From: Lama guanicoe
Lineage: Eukaryota
Direction: 5' to 3'
Assembly (NCBI GenBank): GCA_013239625.1
Contig: MU054323.1
Coordinates: 20,791,082 to 20,855,081, forward strand
Length of the DNA: 64,000 nt
This document shows positions 38,226 through 53,300 of this stretch, one piece after another. The translations under genes and the position numbers were made by a program. The notes beneath the pieces were generated by a model, which searched no databases, was not told the origin of the DNA, and saw nothing but the letters and a program-made list of their open reading frames with translations. Each line of letters opens with the position of its first letter. The first letter of the stretch is position 1.

Positions 38226-41200
38226 AAAATAACATCCCACATTCATCAGAAATGTTACTAAGTTATACGTCTCATTTTGTTCTTCCTTCTCAGACTCCAG
38301 CGTCATCTCCAAAACATCCCAAACCTTCTCTTCCTCATACTAAACAAGCCTAGCTATTTCCTTTGAATTTTTACAACCAGAACTAACTTCTCCTTGTGCT
38401 TTCTTAAAGAATCAAATCAATAAACACTTAAATCCTAACAGTTAACTGCATAAAAATCAAAAACCAAAAACTTTATTTTTTCCCCCCCAGGAAACTGTTC
38501 CAAAACTTCCATATGCTCTTCTAGGACAGGCTCAGAGACGTTAAGCAACTTGACCAAGCTCACAAAGCAGTGAGTGGACAAGCAGGGAGTCACAGTCAGG
38601 TCTGTCTGACTCCAGAGCCTTGGTGGCTGCAAAATCCTGTGTGCCCCAACTAGAAGACATTTTTACCATCCCAGGATTGAAACGTTAAGAGAAGTTCAAC
38701 TTTATAACTCTTATGTACACTTGACAACTCACACCATTCAACCAAGCAATGCCGAATCTGTTGGGCCAGCTTTAATAAATTTTGCATTTAGCAGTAGAAT
38801 TTTCCATGTGGTTATTATTAAGGCAAAACAGATTTTTCCTCCATCTTGAGTAGATTGGACCTGCCTCCTGGTATCTTTTATGTTTGCTTATTTTGATAAT
38901 TTGCTTATTCCATAGTGAAAAGTAATTTTCAACTCATCTCTGTTTGAATCATGCTGAATTTTGAACAAACAGAAACCAAATTAGTGAACTATTATTTAAC
39001 ATAGTCCCAATGAATGCACAATGGAGACTTCTGTACAAAGTTTGAAGATGAAACAAAATAGATTACACACACACACACCCTCAAATCCTACCACTAATTA
39101 AAAAAATACTAGTGTTACAAGTATACAATTTCAGTGGTGGTATTATCTTTGTTCAGAAGCAAGGTACATTACTATATGGTCGAAGCCTTCTAGCATTTAG
39201 GTTACTAATTATAAGGAGAATCACATTACCTTTAAGTCCTTCCTCAGGTTGTGACTGAGGCTTAATACATTAATTTCATGGTAATTGTATTTTAAGATGG
39301 GGACCACGTCAATAAAGAATTCTGGTATGTCCATGTGACTGAAGGTTTTGGCTGTGACACAATTTGATACATTTACTAGGAGAAAAATCACTGCTAATTC
39401 CCACTGCTACTTTTAGTGGCCAAGAGATATTTTATATTGCATTTTAAGCATCAGTAAGATTCAAGAAAATCTTCACAGAGGATATACACATGAATAGAAA
39501 AAGAAGCAAAATCATTAAGTGACAGTTCTTATTTTCATTTGAATTCAACTAACAAATTTAGCATCAATTCATTATCATATTACTCCCCAGCTTCCCTCCT
39601 TGCCCATCAAAAAAAAAAAAGTCAGTGCAAATTGTATGAGTCATTCTTCAATCATGCCAAGGACATAACCTCCAACCCAAGATTAAAAATTAAGTGCTAT
39701 GTGTAAAATTCAATACTGTTTAACTTCTGAGTGCTAAGATCTAATAAATACAGCAGTTCAAAAGAAAATGAAACAATCTGGATCACTTCCGTTCAAGTTT
39801 CATGATTTCATTGGTAGATTTCTATGGCTTTGGCTACAATTGCTAGTATTCGGATCCTTGGTAAATTGGTGGAATTTTTAATCATTTAGTTTATAATTTG
39901 TATCACCAGTTTCTACAAGGCACAGAAAAATTCTCCACTCCCTCGCGTACTTCAAAGCATTTCATTCATTACTCAAATGATTATTCTGACAAAACCATTA
40001 GTCAAGAAAAAAGCAAAGAAATCTTATTTTTTAAAGTGGAGATTTTTAACATGCACTTTTCACACCAGACTGCTTTATCTACCCGTTATTCTGGAAAAAT
40101 CTTTATTTCCTAAAAGAATACATATTTTTTTAATTCAGATTTTTCTTACATATGAGGTCAGGGCTTGTTTTTACTGGTTTCACTCAAAGTGAACTTTCAT
40201 ATTTTAAATTTACTTTAACTTCTTCCTAAATTCCTATAGGTTCTTGCCTTTTCTAAGGAAAATACTCAAATTAAATATGAGAAAAGTATTGCTGAAACCA
40301 TGGTGAATATTTCACAAATACCTTCAAATAATGGTAGGAATAACCCCACCCTGCCCCCCTCAACCCTTGCTCCCAGTCTCTCTTATAGGGAAAAAAAAAA
40401 GCACCTTTTAGTCAGAGTTCTGAGTTTAGGGCTTTCAGGGTTAACAAGGAAAACAGTTTACCAATTTGGAATAGAGCTACTTTCATGCTTTCTTTTTCTA
40501 TGCTGAAATCATATTGCAGTTATATTACCAGGTAACATGTTTGTAAGGTTCGAGAAGTTTCTTGGTTTAGCCAAAAAAAAGAGCACTTGTCTAGTCCTCA
40601 AAAAGAACCCCTATCACCAGTGAGGCTGAAAAAGCTGGTTAAATCACTGGTCAAGAGTCAGACTTACAGCAAAAATCGGTTGGGCTGACAACAGAACCTA
40701 GCAGGAAAATGTAAGGTCAGACTCGAGTTTAATTTGGTGAAGAAATATGTGCTTGGCCACTTAATGGCTGCAGATATGCAGATAAGGTTAACTTAATACT
40801 ACTTGTAGTGATGGAGCACTTCAGCGCCTCTAGTTGAGAATCAGAGCAACAGATGCTACTATTCCAGCCATCAAGAGACCCTCTTCCTCTCCCCTTTGTT
40901 ATATTTATGGAAGGAGAATCTCTATAGTAGCTTAGAATTAATTATTTTCAATGATGATTTCATTCCCCAAGCCCAGACTTCCCAATATGTCCATATGATG
41001 GGGGCAAAACAGTCTCTTTGTCTTGTGTTCATTAAGGTTCTCTGTGTTTTCAGTGTCACAACTCTTAAAGGGTGCACAATACCTTACATGCAAAAGCAAT
41101 CCTGTTCAATATAAAGCAGAACATGCAGCCCAACACTACAGTATTTCCAACTGTGACCGAAGTGCTGGAGCTGCCAGGAAGCAAAGATCATTCGCTCATT

Positions 41201-44200
41201 CATTTACTCGTTTATATCAGTAAAATATACATAACAGAAAGCTTACACATTTGTACGTGTACAGTTCAGCGGCATTAAGCCCATTCACCCAGCAGTTTTA
41301 GAGAGTTTTAGACTCGCCTCAATGTCTAGATATCCAGTCATTCACTGGTTGATACTCAGGGCTTTGCAAAGATAAACACCATTCTATTTCCAGGTAACCT
41401 CTTGGCTAAGTATTCAAAGTCAGAGTTCATTCAACACACTAGGGTTTATACACTTGAGGTGAGGAAAGAACCGCCAACACCAAGCATTTGTCCATTTCTT
41501 TCCAGATGGAAGACAGAAACTCTGATATTCTCTTTCTTGCCATTAAACCTTTCAGAAAAGAAGGAACCCACTATTCCCTGACCTTTGGGATTTTTACAAA
41601 CATCAGCCTGTAGTTCAGGACACAGACAAGAAACTGTCCAAGGAAAACATGCCCCCAAATGAACAGGATATAAACAAAGCTGTAACTAGGTAATTAACGG
41701 TAGGGACTTGACTCCCCTCACTTCGCTTCTCTGATAACAATCTGGCATTTTATCAGCACGTCTTTTATCTGGAAGGATTCACTGTGTTCTGCTGCCTGGA
41801 ACTATTCTGGGAGGGGACAAAGACAAGCTTTCATCTTGGAACGGAAATGGAACCACATCTAGAAGGGGTGAGAAAGAGTCAAAGCTGTAAAAAAGACCTC
41901 CAAAGTCTTTCCCTGCCAGCAGGGAGAAGTAAATGGAAAACAGGATGCCCCGTTTCACTGAACACACGGGAGCAAATTCTGGTGGGGAAGAAGTCACTGT
42001 GGTCGTCACCCTGGCCACACGTGTGAAGCTGGCAACTTGCAATCTGTCTTGGTTCCAAGCTCTATCCCCTATCCCTGCCACCCGGTCTTATCCTATCTCT
42101 GACACTACACCCAACCAACGTCTCTTCCTGTCAAAATCAAAGAAACTTTAATATTATAATTCATACTGTGGTTTCAATGACTGATAATACTTTAAAGCAA
42201 TATATACCTCACAGTGGGATTTCCATTTTAGAAGGGATCAAACCCATATACTTAAGGAATGAAAGTCTACCTGTGAAACTTCAAGATTCAGCTCAAAATG
42301 GAGGAGGTATCTGAGAAAACTGGAGGGGGCGGGGCATGGAGAATAAAAGGCATTGCTTAATACTTCTCAAGTCATTTCACATAGGTTTCAACTGCCCCAG
42401 GGGTGAATCTGGTCTGGGTGAGTAGGTCCAGTGCGTTAGAATCTGCCCTCTGAGTGACCATGGGTGTACATGTTCATTAGGAATAGGACATGTTCCCTGA
42501 TCCACTCCAAACATGGCCACTCCACTCAGATCTCATAACATGTCACAGACTGGCTGTGGAAGGAAAAACAAGGCTTTGAACTCCCCATCCTACTTAGAAC
42601 CCAGGAATATTTATCCAACGTTAAGCCAGGGTGGCTGGCCAATTTCAAAACCCACAGCCTGGGGCTTATAAACCAGAGCACAGATTGCCCAGTAAGACTA
42701 GTGCCCTTCCATCAGGCTGTGGAGCAATCCTGTGAAGCCCCCTAGGTTCCCATCCAGGGCCCTCATGACAGTTCAGAGTGGTGCAGACAAGGGGGAAGGC
42801 GCTGGGAAACCGCTCTGCTGGCCAGTTTTCCACGGGGAATTCTATCAGGATGTGGCATTCTAAAGCTGCTACTTCAGGGACGTGTTCAACCATGCAGCAC
42901 AATGCAAATCCCTCTCTAGTCTTTTCAAGTTTTTCCTAAGTCCGGTTTTCATTCTAGCTATGAATTAAATTCTGATGTCTTAAATCAGGCAGAAGAAAAA
43001 AATGAGTAAGAAGTGATTGAATTATATTAATTATATGGCATTGAAGCTCAGCTAGAAAACAAGAATTATGTTTCCTAAGTTTCTCTTCACTAGACTTATG
43101 CAGGTTATAATTAGTATTGAAAGACTTTTACTTTTCACTTTATCCAAGCTGAAAAGAAGCTGAGCCTTAAACTCTGGCTTTACAGGAAAAAGAGATTCTT
43201 CTGGATTAAAAAAAAAAAGAATAAACAGTCAAGCAAAAAACAAACCAACATACTTAACGCATCACCCAAAAGGACAGCTTAAGGGACTTGATCAGTGTTT
43301 GAAAATAGTTTCTACCCACTGCCTTGTAAATTATTTTCTTGTTGGTGTGACACATCCTTTAGTAACAATCCAGCTTTTCCTTGGCTACCTAGATATCCTT
43401 CCACAGTTTCTACCAAAACAAATGGCCTTTTCCTGTTTGACTGCAATAATCAAAAAGGAGCAGGCTTATTTACACAGCAGCACCCTTCATATAGATATAT
43501 ATTTTGTTAATGCTCTGGACATTGTAGAGACCAAACAGAAAATCTCATTCATGTGGGCCCGTCTGATCTTGATTTTGTGATTATTCAGAATGTGGTCGAG
43601 CTAAAGTTTACCTTTGGGACTGAGAGTTTCATTTAAAATTGGGAGAAATGTGGCCATCTCTTGGGGACTGGTGGCCAGGACACAAATATGCCAGACCAGG
43701 AATTTTCCCTGATGCAAAACAAAACAGAACAAAACAGAACAAAACCACTTGCCTTTTTACGGCATTCTGTGAAAGTCTAGGATTACCACATAAGAAAATG
43801 AAGGCAATTTTTAAAAACTGCAACATGTACTGATAACCTTGTGATTCTGTTTTCTTTCTAAGAGAGTAAAAAGAAGACCATCAAGTATGTGTATGAAAGG
43901 GCTTTGTAAACTTCAAAATCTTATATAAAGGCTTATTATTTTTTTTTCTTTTTCTTTCAACAACCCTGACGATTTTAAAAATTATGTTAAGTTTCAACAG
44001 TAAAAACTAAAGATGGTAATGACAGATGGAAAATATATTTTCTAATAGTTTAAAAATTATGCCTAAGTAGCAGCCCACAAAAAATCTCATTAAGATTTTA
44101 TGCTTCTTAGCCTCAAGACACGTTTTCTCTTTGCTAAGCCATTTATAACTGTGCAATACCCCATGATTTCCTATTATAAGGAAAATTTCTTTTGTAAGAA

Positions 44201-44509
44201 ATTTTCAGTATTTCTCAAGAATCTCAGAAATTCAGTTGAGCCAGTTTTATTTAGCAATCTGTCACAACCACTTGGACTTAACTACAAGTTTTTGTTCCTT
44301 TTCTACTGATTTCAGATTAGGAGATGAGACCAGTAATGCCCAAGGGAGGCAGGGGAGAGATATCTCAAGAAAGCAAAGTAAGTCCATATGTTTGTTATTT
44401 AAACTGCAGGTCATGTTTTGCATGTTGAGAACTAGCTTGTCATATCCAACAGACAGAGCACCATAAACATGAGCAGAAGGGCATACTGTAGTGTTAAGCA
44501 CTAACACAG

Positions 44510-44765
44510 CCAAGAGAGTGGCAAAGAGCACTGGATCTGGAACCAGACTGCCTGGTTCAAATCCTGACCTTACCACTTTGTAGCGGTATGACCTCGGGCA
44601 TATTTTCTAAACTTCCTACTGCTCAACTTTCCCTCTTTGTAGGATGCAGGATGAGAATAATAATATTAGGGACCTCACAGTGTTGTCTTGATGATTAAAT
44701 GAGTCAGTATGCGTTAAGTCCTAAAATAGTGCCTGGCCCCACAGTCAACATTTGCTAATTATTAT
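44510..44765 (+). mobile_element. MIR SINE relic
   Basis: ggaaccagactgcctggttcaaatcctgacc...tatgacctcgggca...gattaaatgagtcagtatg...tagtgcctggc. Confidence 0.8.
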
Positions 44766-45379
44766 CACTCATCACTAATTAGATGGAAAAAAACAGAGCA
44801 AAGACAGGGGCTAAGAAGCAGCACAGCACAAAGGATAGCCCATGATGCCAAAACTCTTGTCTGTCTGATGCTCCACTGTATTTCTATCCTGCCGGACACA
44901 TCCTCGATGCTGACAGTACTTATGTGTTGAGTAAATGAATAAATGAATCAATCTCTGACTCCTTAATGAATCGCTTTTTGACTGTGGACATATTCTGCCT
45001 ACTCCTGGGTCTTGACTTTTCCATCTCCAAATAAAGTTACCAACACCTGCCACTTGCTACCTCAAATTGACAATCATCAACATAAAGAAAAAAAGAAAAT
45101 CATTTCAAATTTACTGGAGGGATATCAAAACCCAATGACTTTTAAAACCAATGTTCCTTTGTTACTGAGCATATGAACACAGTCAATAATATTGGAAGGA
45201 TCCTCCGTAAGACCCTCAGTCCAGTTTCCTTTCAAGAAGTCCTCTGACTACAGCTGGCCGGGGTGGGGGGGGGGAATGTGATGCTAGGCACACCCTAAGA
45301 GATGACTGTTCAGACCTCAGTGTGCAGAGGAAACGCCTGGGGGCTTGTTTGGAAACTGCTGACTTTTAGATTGCTATGG

Positions 45380-45870
45380 GACATGCGGGAGGAGTGGTCC
45401 AATAGAGAGTGAATCTGTGATTCTGTACAAGTTCTAGATCAAGGACTGACTCATTAATGTCTGTGTGTTGCCAGCCGGACGAGTGAACACAAAGTGAAAA
45501 AAAGAGTGGAGATGCAGGCCAAAGAGGTTCATCAACATTCAGGAGGAGGCATGAGGAAGGGGCCCTGAGAGAGAAGGAAGAAGCAATGGCCAAAGGAGGC
45601 CACAAAGGAAGAGTGCCTTAAAGAAGGCATTGTGCAACGGTGTCAAATTCCAGAGAAAAATCCGGGAAGATAAAGACTGAACAGCATCCACTGGCTTTTG
45701 TCACTCAGAGGTCAGTCACTCCTATTTCACCTTTGTCAGTGAAGCAGCTTCAGTGAAGTGGTGGAGGAAGCATCCAGGCTGCAGCGGTTCAAGGAATGAG
45801 TAAGACGGCGCGGAAGTGGAGGCTGCAAACCCAGACAACCTTCTCCAAGAGTCTGGCTATACAACAAGGG
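45380..45870 (-). mobile_element. L2 LINE fragment
   Basis: gtgtcaaattccagagaaaaatccgggaagataaagactga...gcttcagtgaagtggtggagg. Confidence 0.55.
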
Positions 45871-48800
45871 AGAGAACTATGAGTAGAGTGGGTGTCAACA
45901 CGGAGAGACTCCATGCCTGATGGTCACTCTTTTCTCCTGTAAATCAGAGGTGATGAGCATACGGGCACTGGGTTTGGGCAAGGACACAGAGTAGGCCCTC
46001 AGCAAATACATTTAATGATGGATGAACTGGTAATGAAGAGCATTCACAAAATAAAATGAAAGTTCAGAATACATGGTGAAGAAGAGAATACTATCATTGT
46101 GTGGAGGGGAGGCAAAATGAGCAGTCAGGAGTCTCAATGTTCGGGGTGAGCGAGGAAAATAAGATACAAAGGGAAAAGGTCAAAGGATGTGAGGGTGAAT
46201 GTATCTTGTGCAGCTGATATGACTAATGCAGCTTGTTTCAACTAGAAGATTATAAACAGATGGGTAAGGATCAAGGCCCAGAGGAGAGAGGAAAAAAACT
46301 GTGCCAAGCAGGGAAAGGTGACCAAAACATGTCATTCATTTTCCTTGCCTTCATTTTAAGCCTACTATGATTCCTCTTTAGCCTAAATACTCTACTGCCT
46401 AATTCATATTTTCTGCCTAAAGAGAAAAAAAATACATTTTTGATATTAAAATGTTCCTTAACGTGTAGGAGAAGATGACTTTATATTAGTTGCTTTTGGG
46501 GCTTGTTAGTCTCAAATCCTTCCATTCAGCATTCAAAATGCTTGAGCACCTCAGCTACAATTTCTAAGAAGATAATTTTTTTTTAACATTATTACAAAAA
46601 CATTTATTTTTCAAAAGAATTTACTTTTGGGGTTTTAAGCAATCTAATATGAAATGTATAAAACTTACATTTTTCACTTTTGAATCAATCTATTATCTTA
46701 CTGTTTTATTTAAAAAGGTAACATATTAAAATAGAAAAAATAAGCCACATTTTCATGTAAACTCAAAAGTAGGATTCAGTTTATGTATGGGCCAAAGATC
46801 ATATGCATTCCTTCATCTCAGATCTTTACTTAATTGCTTCTTAATAGTTGTAGCAAAACAGCCCATATGGTGGTAAGTGCCTAATATATTTGTGAAGTGG
46901 CAGTTTTCCACATATGAGATGTGTCAGTTTTCTAGAGAACTTTCTTCATTACTATGGTTGCTCCTATTTGCTACTTTAGAAATTTCTTTCTCAGTTTAAA
47001 TCTACTGCGACATAGTTTTTCCATGCCAGGCAAAAACTAACTCTCAACACGTATTTGCATATGTAATGTAGAACTCACGTTTGCACGTCATGCTTTTTTA
47101 CCTTTAGCTTGGTTAAGAAGATAATTAAGACTAAGGAAATAAAAGCTCCTTAGGGAAAAATACTATTAAAATATTTTAAAATTTAAATATTGCTACATTT
47201 GTATTAATTTTCCCGTTAGTATTCATTTTTTTCCATAAGGCTTGGAAATGCAACACTTGGAGTAAATGCTGTTCTTTATTAAAGCCACCAAAGATTCACC
47301 ATGGATGTTTTCTCCTGTTAAGCAGCAAACCATTTATTTTGTGAATTTCCTGGGTCACCTTTGACTCAAGTGGAAGCAAAGCTCTTTACGACAACTTCCA
47401 ATCAACAAATCATGAAACTGTCACAATCTTCCCCTTGTTAGGTCCCACTGTCTACAGAGTGGACAGCATGACTTCTCTCTCCTCTCAACAAGAGCTGCTG
47501 ATCAACACGGTAGATTCTGAAAAGTCCTCGAAATGGCAGACTGAATACCTGTATTCTTTTCTTGCCTTGCTACTAGGGAAAGCCTCCTGGACTTCTCCAA
47601 CCCACCTGTACTCCTCCCCTTGTTTATAGGCCCTTGGTCCTTAGTGTATCCGCCATACAGTTAAGTGGTTTATATACATTGTGTCAGGTTCACAAGCATG
47701 GGTTTTATCTCACTACCTAGCTCATAAGTTCTTCAAGGATGGAGACCTTTTACTCTTCACTTTGCATCTTACCCAAGACCTCCTGCTAGCTAGGTCTACA
47801 ATGGATGTTTAACAACTACTTGGTTAATCTGTTAACTGACTGGATTCTAAGTTTGAGAGTGAATAGCAGCAACAGGCGATGGATTATCATCATTGTCAGA
47901 AATTTCACCTAAGAATGAGGCTGTTTGCAGATCAAATCGCTTGTTCTAACATGACCTGAATTGGCCTGTTGAAGTAACAGATAACACTGAAGAAAAGCTG
48001 GTCCCTACAAGTTTTGTTTTTCTAGCTTGCTTTGTCAATGCATTCCATAAGAGGTGAACTCCTCATTCCTTTTGCTCAAACACATGTTTAGAAAATGGTC
48101 TTAAAGAGATCTGGCACCAGAGATGAAGTTGGCCAGGCCCCTCTCTAGGAACTGAGAGATAAAAATCGGTGATAGCTGACAGAGTATCTTTTCATGCCAG
48201 AACTCTTTGCAGAAAAGCCACACAATGCAGAAAACATGATTTCATTCCACACTCTGAACCTCAACTACCCTTGGGTGGAATTCAGAAATTCAGAAGTCCA
48301 TGAGCACAGCCCTCCAAATAAAGCACTAGCTAGGCAGGGCCATGGTAAAGACCAAGCAGGTAGCTGCCCAAACTGTGATTTCACCAGCATTAGGAAACAA
48401 CCTTCTAATCTCTGCTTTTAGGTCCTCCCTTATGTAAGGCCTGAAATTCCACCGCCTAGATTCATCACTTCATTTCAAAATGTAGACCTCTATAATACAA
48501 CAAGGAGCCCCAAGGAAGGTAATGACTAGGGTCATTGAGACATCTGTATGCAAGGAAGGAGTGGGCACCGATGTGACTTGTAGGCAAGGAGGAAAAAGAG
48601 CCCGAGCAGAAGTGAACATCTGTACTTTGACAATCTTGCTCAAAGCCTGGCCTGGTGTCAGGGTCACACCAGTAAAACCAGAGGTCAGGGTGTCTAAATG
48701 GTCATGAGATGGCAGGTCCCTTCTTTTCCCCCAACCTTTGTTAGCCGATCAGGATGATATAGGGAGACTCCTAACCTTTAATCTCATTCTCTAAGGCTCA

Positions 48801-49459
48801 TGGAATTTACCAGTAACCAAAGGAGAGGTGAGTTCTAAATCTCCAGGCTGGCCAGGCAGGAGGAAGCGCTACATTAAAAGCATCAGCAAAGCCCTGTACT
48901 CAGGTGTTTCTACTCGTAATGGGCCAAGATTGGAAACTCCTTTCCTCTCTCTACAGGCATCTCTGTTTGAAGAAGATCCCTCTGGAAGTTTGGACAACAA
49001 AGAGTTATTTTAATCTCTCTTCAGAAAAGCATCTCTGATTTTTCTGAAAGACTCAGATGTTCCTCGTACTTGTTAGAAAACAAATGTGGCTTAGGCCAAC
49101 ATCTGAAATGGAGAAAAAAATACAGCAACCACAAAAAAAGATAACTGAATTAATAAGGAATGCTTTGCAGACATAACATCCCATAGGCCAGAAAAATGGT
49201 TTCAGAACTATCCAGAACAAAGTTATAGAAGTTACTTAGAAGCTAAATTTAAGTGGATTAACTGCTGGAGGGCACCATGTAGGAGTAGACCACCATGACC
49301 TGTGGGCCATGCCAAGAATGGAACCCCAACTGGGAGATGGAGGGACCCATGAATACAAATGTATAAATGTGTGTTGCAGGTTTAGAGGCAGGTTTATTAT
49401 TTCACTGCACATTTACAATCTACAGCTCGGTTGTTCAACTATTCTGAAATAAGACATCT

Positions 49460-50170
49460 CAGGAAGATGCCTTGATGGTCATCTAGACCAACCTCAGATG
49501 CACTGCAGAAATCCTTTCAAAAATACACACAACATGTGATCAGTTTTCCTTGACAGCTTTCAATGCAATGACCAGCAGCTCAGGATTACGGACATCTGCT
49601 CATTCTTTTGAAGGAGAATGCTAACTTCCACAAAATTCTTCTTTATATTAAAATCTGAAATCTATTTCCCACTTTCCCATTGGGAGCACAAGAGAGAAAT
49701 TATGTGCCTTCTGCCATATGGCAGCTTCTCAGATATACAAAGACCATTATCATGTTGCCTCTAACTGAATCTTTTCCAGTCTAACTATTTCCAGATGTTT
49801 AGCTTCCTCCTCATCTTGGTCTTCTCCTCTGGATAAATATTAGTTTATCAGTGACCCTCCTAAAATGGGAAGCCCACAGCAGAATAACATAACAGCAGAA
49901 TGATGTGGGTTTCGTCTGACCAGCAGAGCTCAGGGGGACTGTAGCCTTCACAATCTGGAAGCAGCAACTGTGTCATACTGCTTCCTTAGAGCTCATCAGG
50001 AAATCCCATTCCCCAAGATTCTTTCAGAAAAACTGCTATGAAGCCGATAGCTCTCATTGTGTACGTACATGATTTTGACTTTTCTTTAAAAAATCAGAAC
50101 ATGATACATATCTCTATTAAATGTTACCTTGCTAGCCTCAGCCCATCAATCCAGTCTTCCAAGGCTATTT
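49460..50170 (-). mobile_element. L3/CR1 LINE relic (possibly continuing at about 50650-50960)
   Basis: cctcctaaaatgggaagcccacagcagaa...gtctgaccagcagagctcagggggactgtagcc resembles the reverse of the L3 3' region. Confidence 0.5.
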
Positions 50171-50186
50171 TGAAATCATCTTTTTT

Positions 50187-50337
50187 GGGGAAGGGAGGGT
50201 ATAGCTTAGTGGTAGAGCACATACTTATTAGCATGCATGAGATCTGGGGTTTAATTCCCAGTTCCTCTATCAAAAAATAAATAAATACTACCTCCCACAC
50301 CCTCAAAAGCCCCCCAAAACAAAGAAAAACATAATAC
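50187..50337 (+). mobile_element. tRNA-derived camelid SINE (Vic-1-like)
   Basis: gggagggtatagcttagtggtagagcacatactt...ggtttaattccc. TSD tgaaat(c/a)atcttttt at 50171-50185 and 50338-50352. Confidence 0.88.
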
Positions 50338-53300
50338 TGAAATAATCTTTTTCAATTATGGACTATATCAGACAAATCAAATAAAAGAGTATAGCGAATA
50401 ATATGACAACCATTTGCCCAAAACTCAGCTTAAGAAGACATCACAAATAAAACTCAAGTTTTATTATATGCTAGTATATGCTTCCTCAGTTTCATCCCCC
50501 CCTTCCCACTACACAGAAGTAATGGCCACCATCCTGAATTTGTGTTTGTCACTCCCATGCTTAAAGACTATTTTAAATTTGAGTCCATTACCATTTATAT
50601 TTATTTTACACAAACCTAATAAGCAGGCACTCTAGTCTGTCTTCATTTTAAGTAAGTAATTCAAATGTTGAATAAAGCAGCATTATCCTCATCTATCAGA
50701 CTAGTAATCTCATCAAAACAATGAGCTGACTCAGGCATGACTAATTCTTAGGGAATCCTTACTAGCTCTCAGCAAATACAGAATGAAGCACTTGCAAGCA
50801 ATATGTTAAATACCCAGTCTAAAACCATCAATAGCAACACAACTGTTTGGTCACTGACGAAATATGCCTTTTCCCCTCTCTTTTGAAATCTTTCTGCAAG
50901 CTTCTAGGATAGCATTCCCATTCCACACTTCCCTAAAATTACTGACTTGGTTCTAGGCTAACTTGCACCCTAGGCTGTAAGTTATCTGGGTCCAGGGATT
51001 TGCCTTCATCCACAGGAGACAGGGGTCTTTTTCTATCACCTCACCTACATCTGGCTTCGGGGCCTGCCTTCCAGTTTACAGGCAAAGACAAAGCTGAAGC
51101 AGGAGTTCAAAAAAGTCTGCCCTTTCTCTATCAACATTACACTATCAATCCCTTCCGCTCGCTAGAATTTTTCTTAACAAGCAAACTAAGGAGCTTTTAT
51201 CGGCTATTTTGTAGGCAGGATTATCCCCATTATACAGATTGACAGCCTGAAGCACTTAGGGGCCCTCCTTTTCATGCCACATTAATCTGGGAGGCTTTCC
51301 CCCACATGCTTTGGCTTGTTTATAATTCTATGACCTCCCCACCTCCTCCTCCTCTTATCAATCCAGGCTCCTCTCATTTGGCTCTAAAGCCTGCATCAGG
51401 GCAGCTGTGAAGGGGGCCTCCAGAGCCTCTGACTGGACAGCAGTCAGGGGAGAGAGTTCAGAGTCCAGGAAGCTGTCAGGTCACAGGCTCGTGAGGCCAG
51501 AGAGGACCTAGGTGATGTCTAATTCCTTAATTTGATAGAAAAGGGAATCGAGGGTCAGAGAGGTGAAGTTAAAATTAAAGCAAATGTCAGAGCTCATATT
51601 AGAACACAAGATTCCTCAAAGGCCAGGTGAAACACAAAACCCAGCTGAGCCTCCTTTCTACATAACCAGTAACCAGTGGGATATGAAATGTGGCTCCAAT
51701 ATTGTAGGACCAGGAGTCCCTTAAGTATGTCATAGGTGCACAGATCTGCTGAGACACAAAATGTCTCATTTCACAGTTAGTTTCATTTTTAGGTTCATCA
51801 TTCAGACTCTGTGCCCAAACCTGGGCAAGGCAGAGAAAAGGACCAAAAATAAAAAATAAATCCCCCAAATCTAGGGCTGCTTCTTCATGGAAAGAGATTA
51901 AGATTTATTTGGAGAGAAAAAGCATTGAGCATAATAGATTACAATATGACACAGTAATGATGAATAGCAGGATGAGATGCTACAGCCATTCTGAGGGAGA
52001 GATGATTAGGAGCTGGGCTGCAGAGAGAGGGAGGAGGGCATGTCTTCCTTCCCAGAAGTGTCTCAACTGCCCTCTGTCTCATTTCTGTCTCTCTGATGCA
52101 AATCTTGCCTCCTACTTACCTACAAGGATTCTGGGAAGACAGAGCAGGTAGAAAGGTGCAGCCTTGGAGGACAGTTCCTGGTGTTAACAATCACAAATGA
52201 AGGTAGAGGCTAACTATTGCCTACCGCAAACCCCCAACTCTACACTATGGCAAATGAGGTCTTTCGACTTCATAACCTGGGTAAACAGTGAAGTGATAAT
52301 CCTTGAATTATGCAACTTTCAAGGACAGAAAACAAGAGTCAATATCATTTCCCAATATCACAGGCTTAAAAGGTCTGACTGATTCTTAGTTTCTGTACTC
52401 CTCCTACTGGTTCCATGGAATCAAAAGGTTCTATGAAATATTTTTGAAATACATAAAATATGTATTTTCCAACTTTTTTGATTTTTGACTAGATTTATAA
52501 GTATCTGCAACTAAAAAAGTTTCCACTGCATAGATCCCAGTGGGTGATTTCCACTGCCACGTGTCCAATTAAGATTGTATTTGGTATTTGTAGTTCAGAA
52601 TTTTTCAGAGAAAAGAAGAGTAGATTTCACTGAAAATTTATCTAAAATGAACAATGATTAAAATGATTTAGGGGAAAACATAATGAAAATCATTTGCAAT
52701 GAAAATAAGTCAAAAAAGGGGGGAGGGTGCAAAGATGCTTTTAAAGACATCCAAGAGTGAATAAAAAGCAGCGGAGGGATTTCTTCTGCAGGCATTGATC
52801 CAAGGCTGAGACCTCAGTTATCTGCAATAGAAGGCACCTTCTGTCTCAAGTGATACCCACACACACACAGGTGCCACATGGGTCCAGGGAGGGTAAAGAG
52901 CCTTGTTCAAGTGTCACAGCTCGTGAATAAGTGGCACAGCTCAGAAAGAACCAAGTCTTTTGAGTCCAGGGCCTTCGTTCTGTTCAGGACCCCATGCTCT
53001 GTCCCCTGAGTTTGGGGCATATGGTTTCCTACAGCTCTTCAATTCAAACTTGAACCCTGCTTGTGAAAGGGAATTCAAAGGTGCATGTCCAGAGATATTT
53101 TGGGTCTAGAAATTCCCAGACAAGTAGGCACTAGTGAACTGTATTCAGGGAGCTTGTCAGGGTCCCTTTTAAAAGCATGAGCCACTCTGCTCTGTGGTAT
53201 TAGAATGGAAGGGTGAACGGCCTTAAATTGAAGGCACCATCTTTGCATGGTAAGGGGCTGTGTACCTGCATCCAGCACAGCATCAGAAACATAAAATACA

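Noticed and set aside
39637..39645. Isolated AP-1 motifs (TGAGTCA/TGACTCA here and near 19812, 35252, 50727, 55837)
   Set aside because: Their frequency is about what is expected by chance for a 7-mer in 64 kb.
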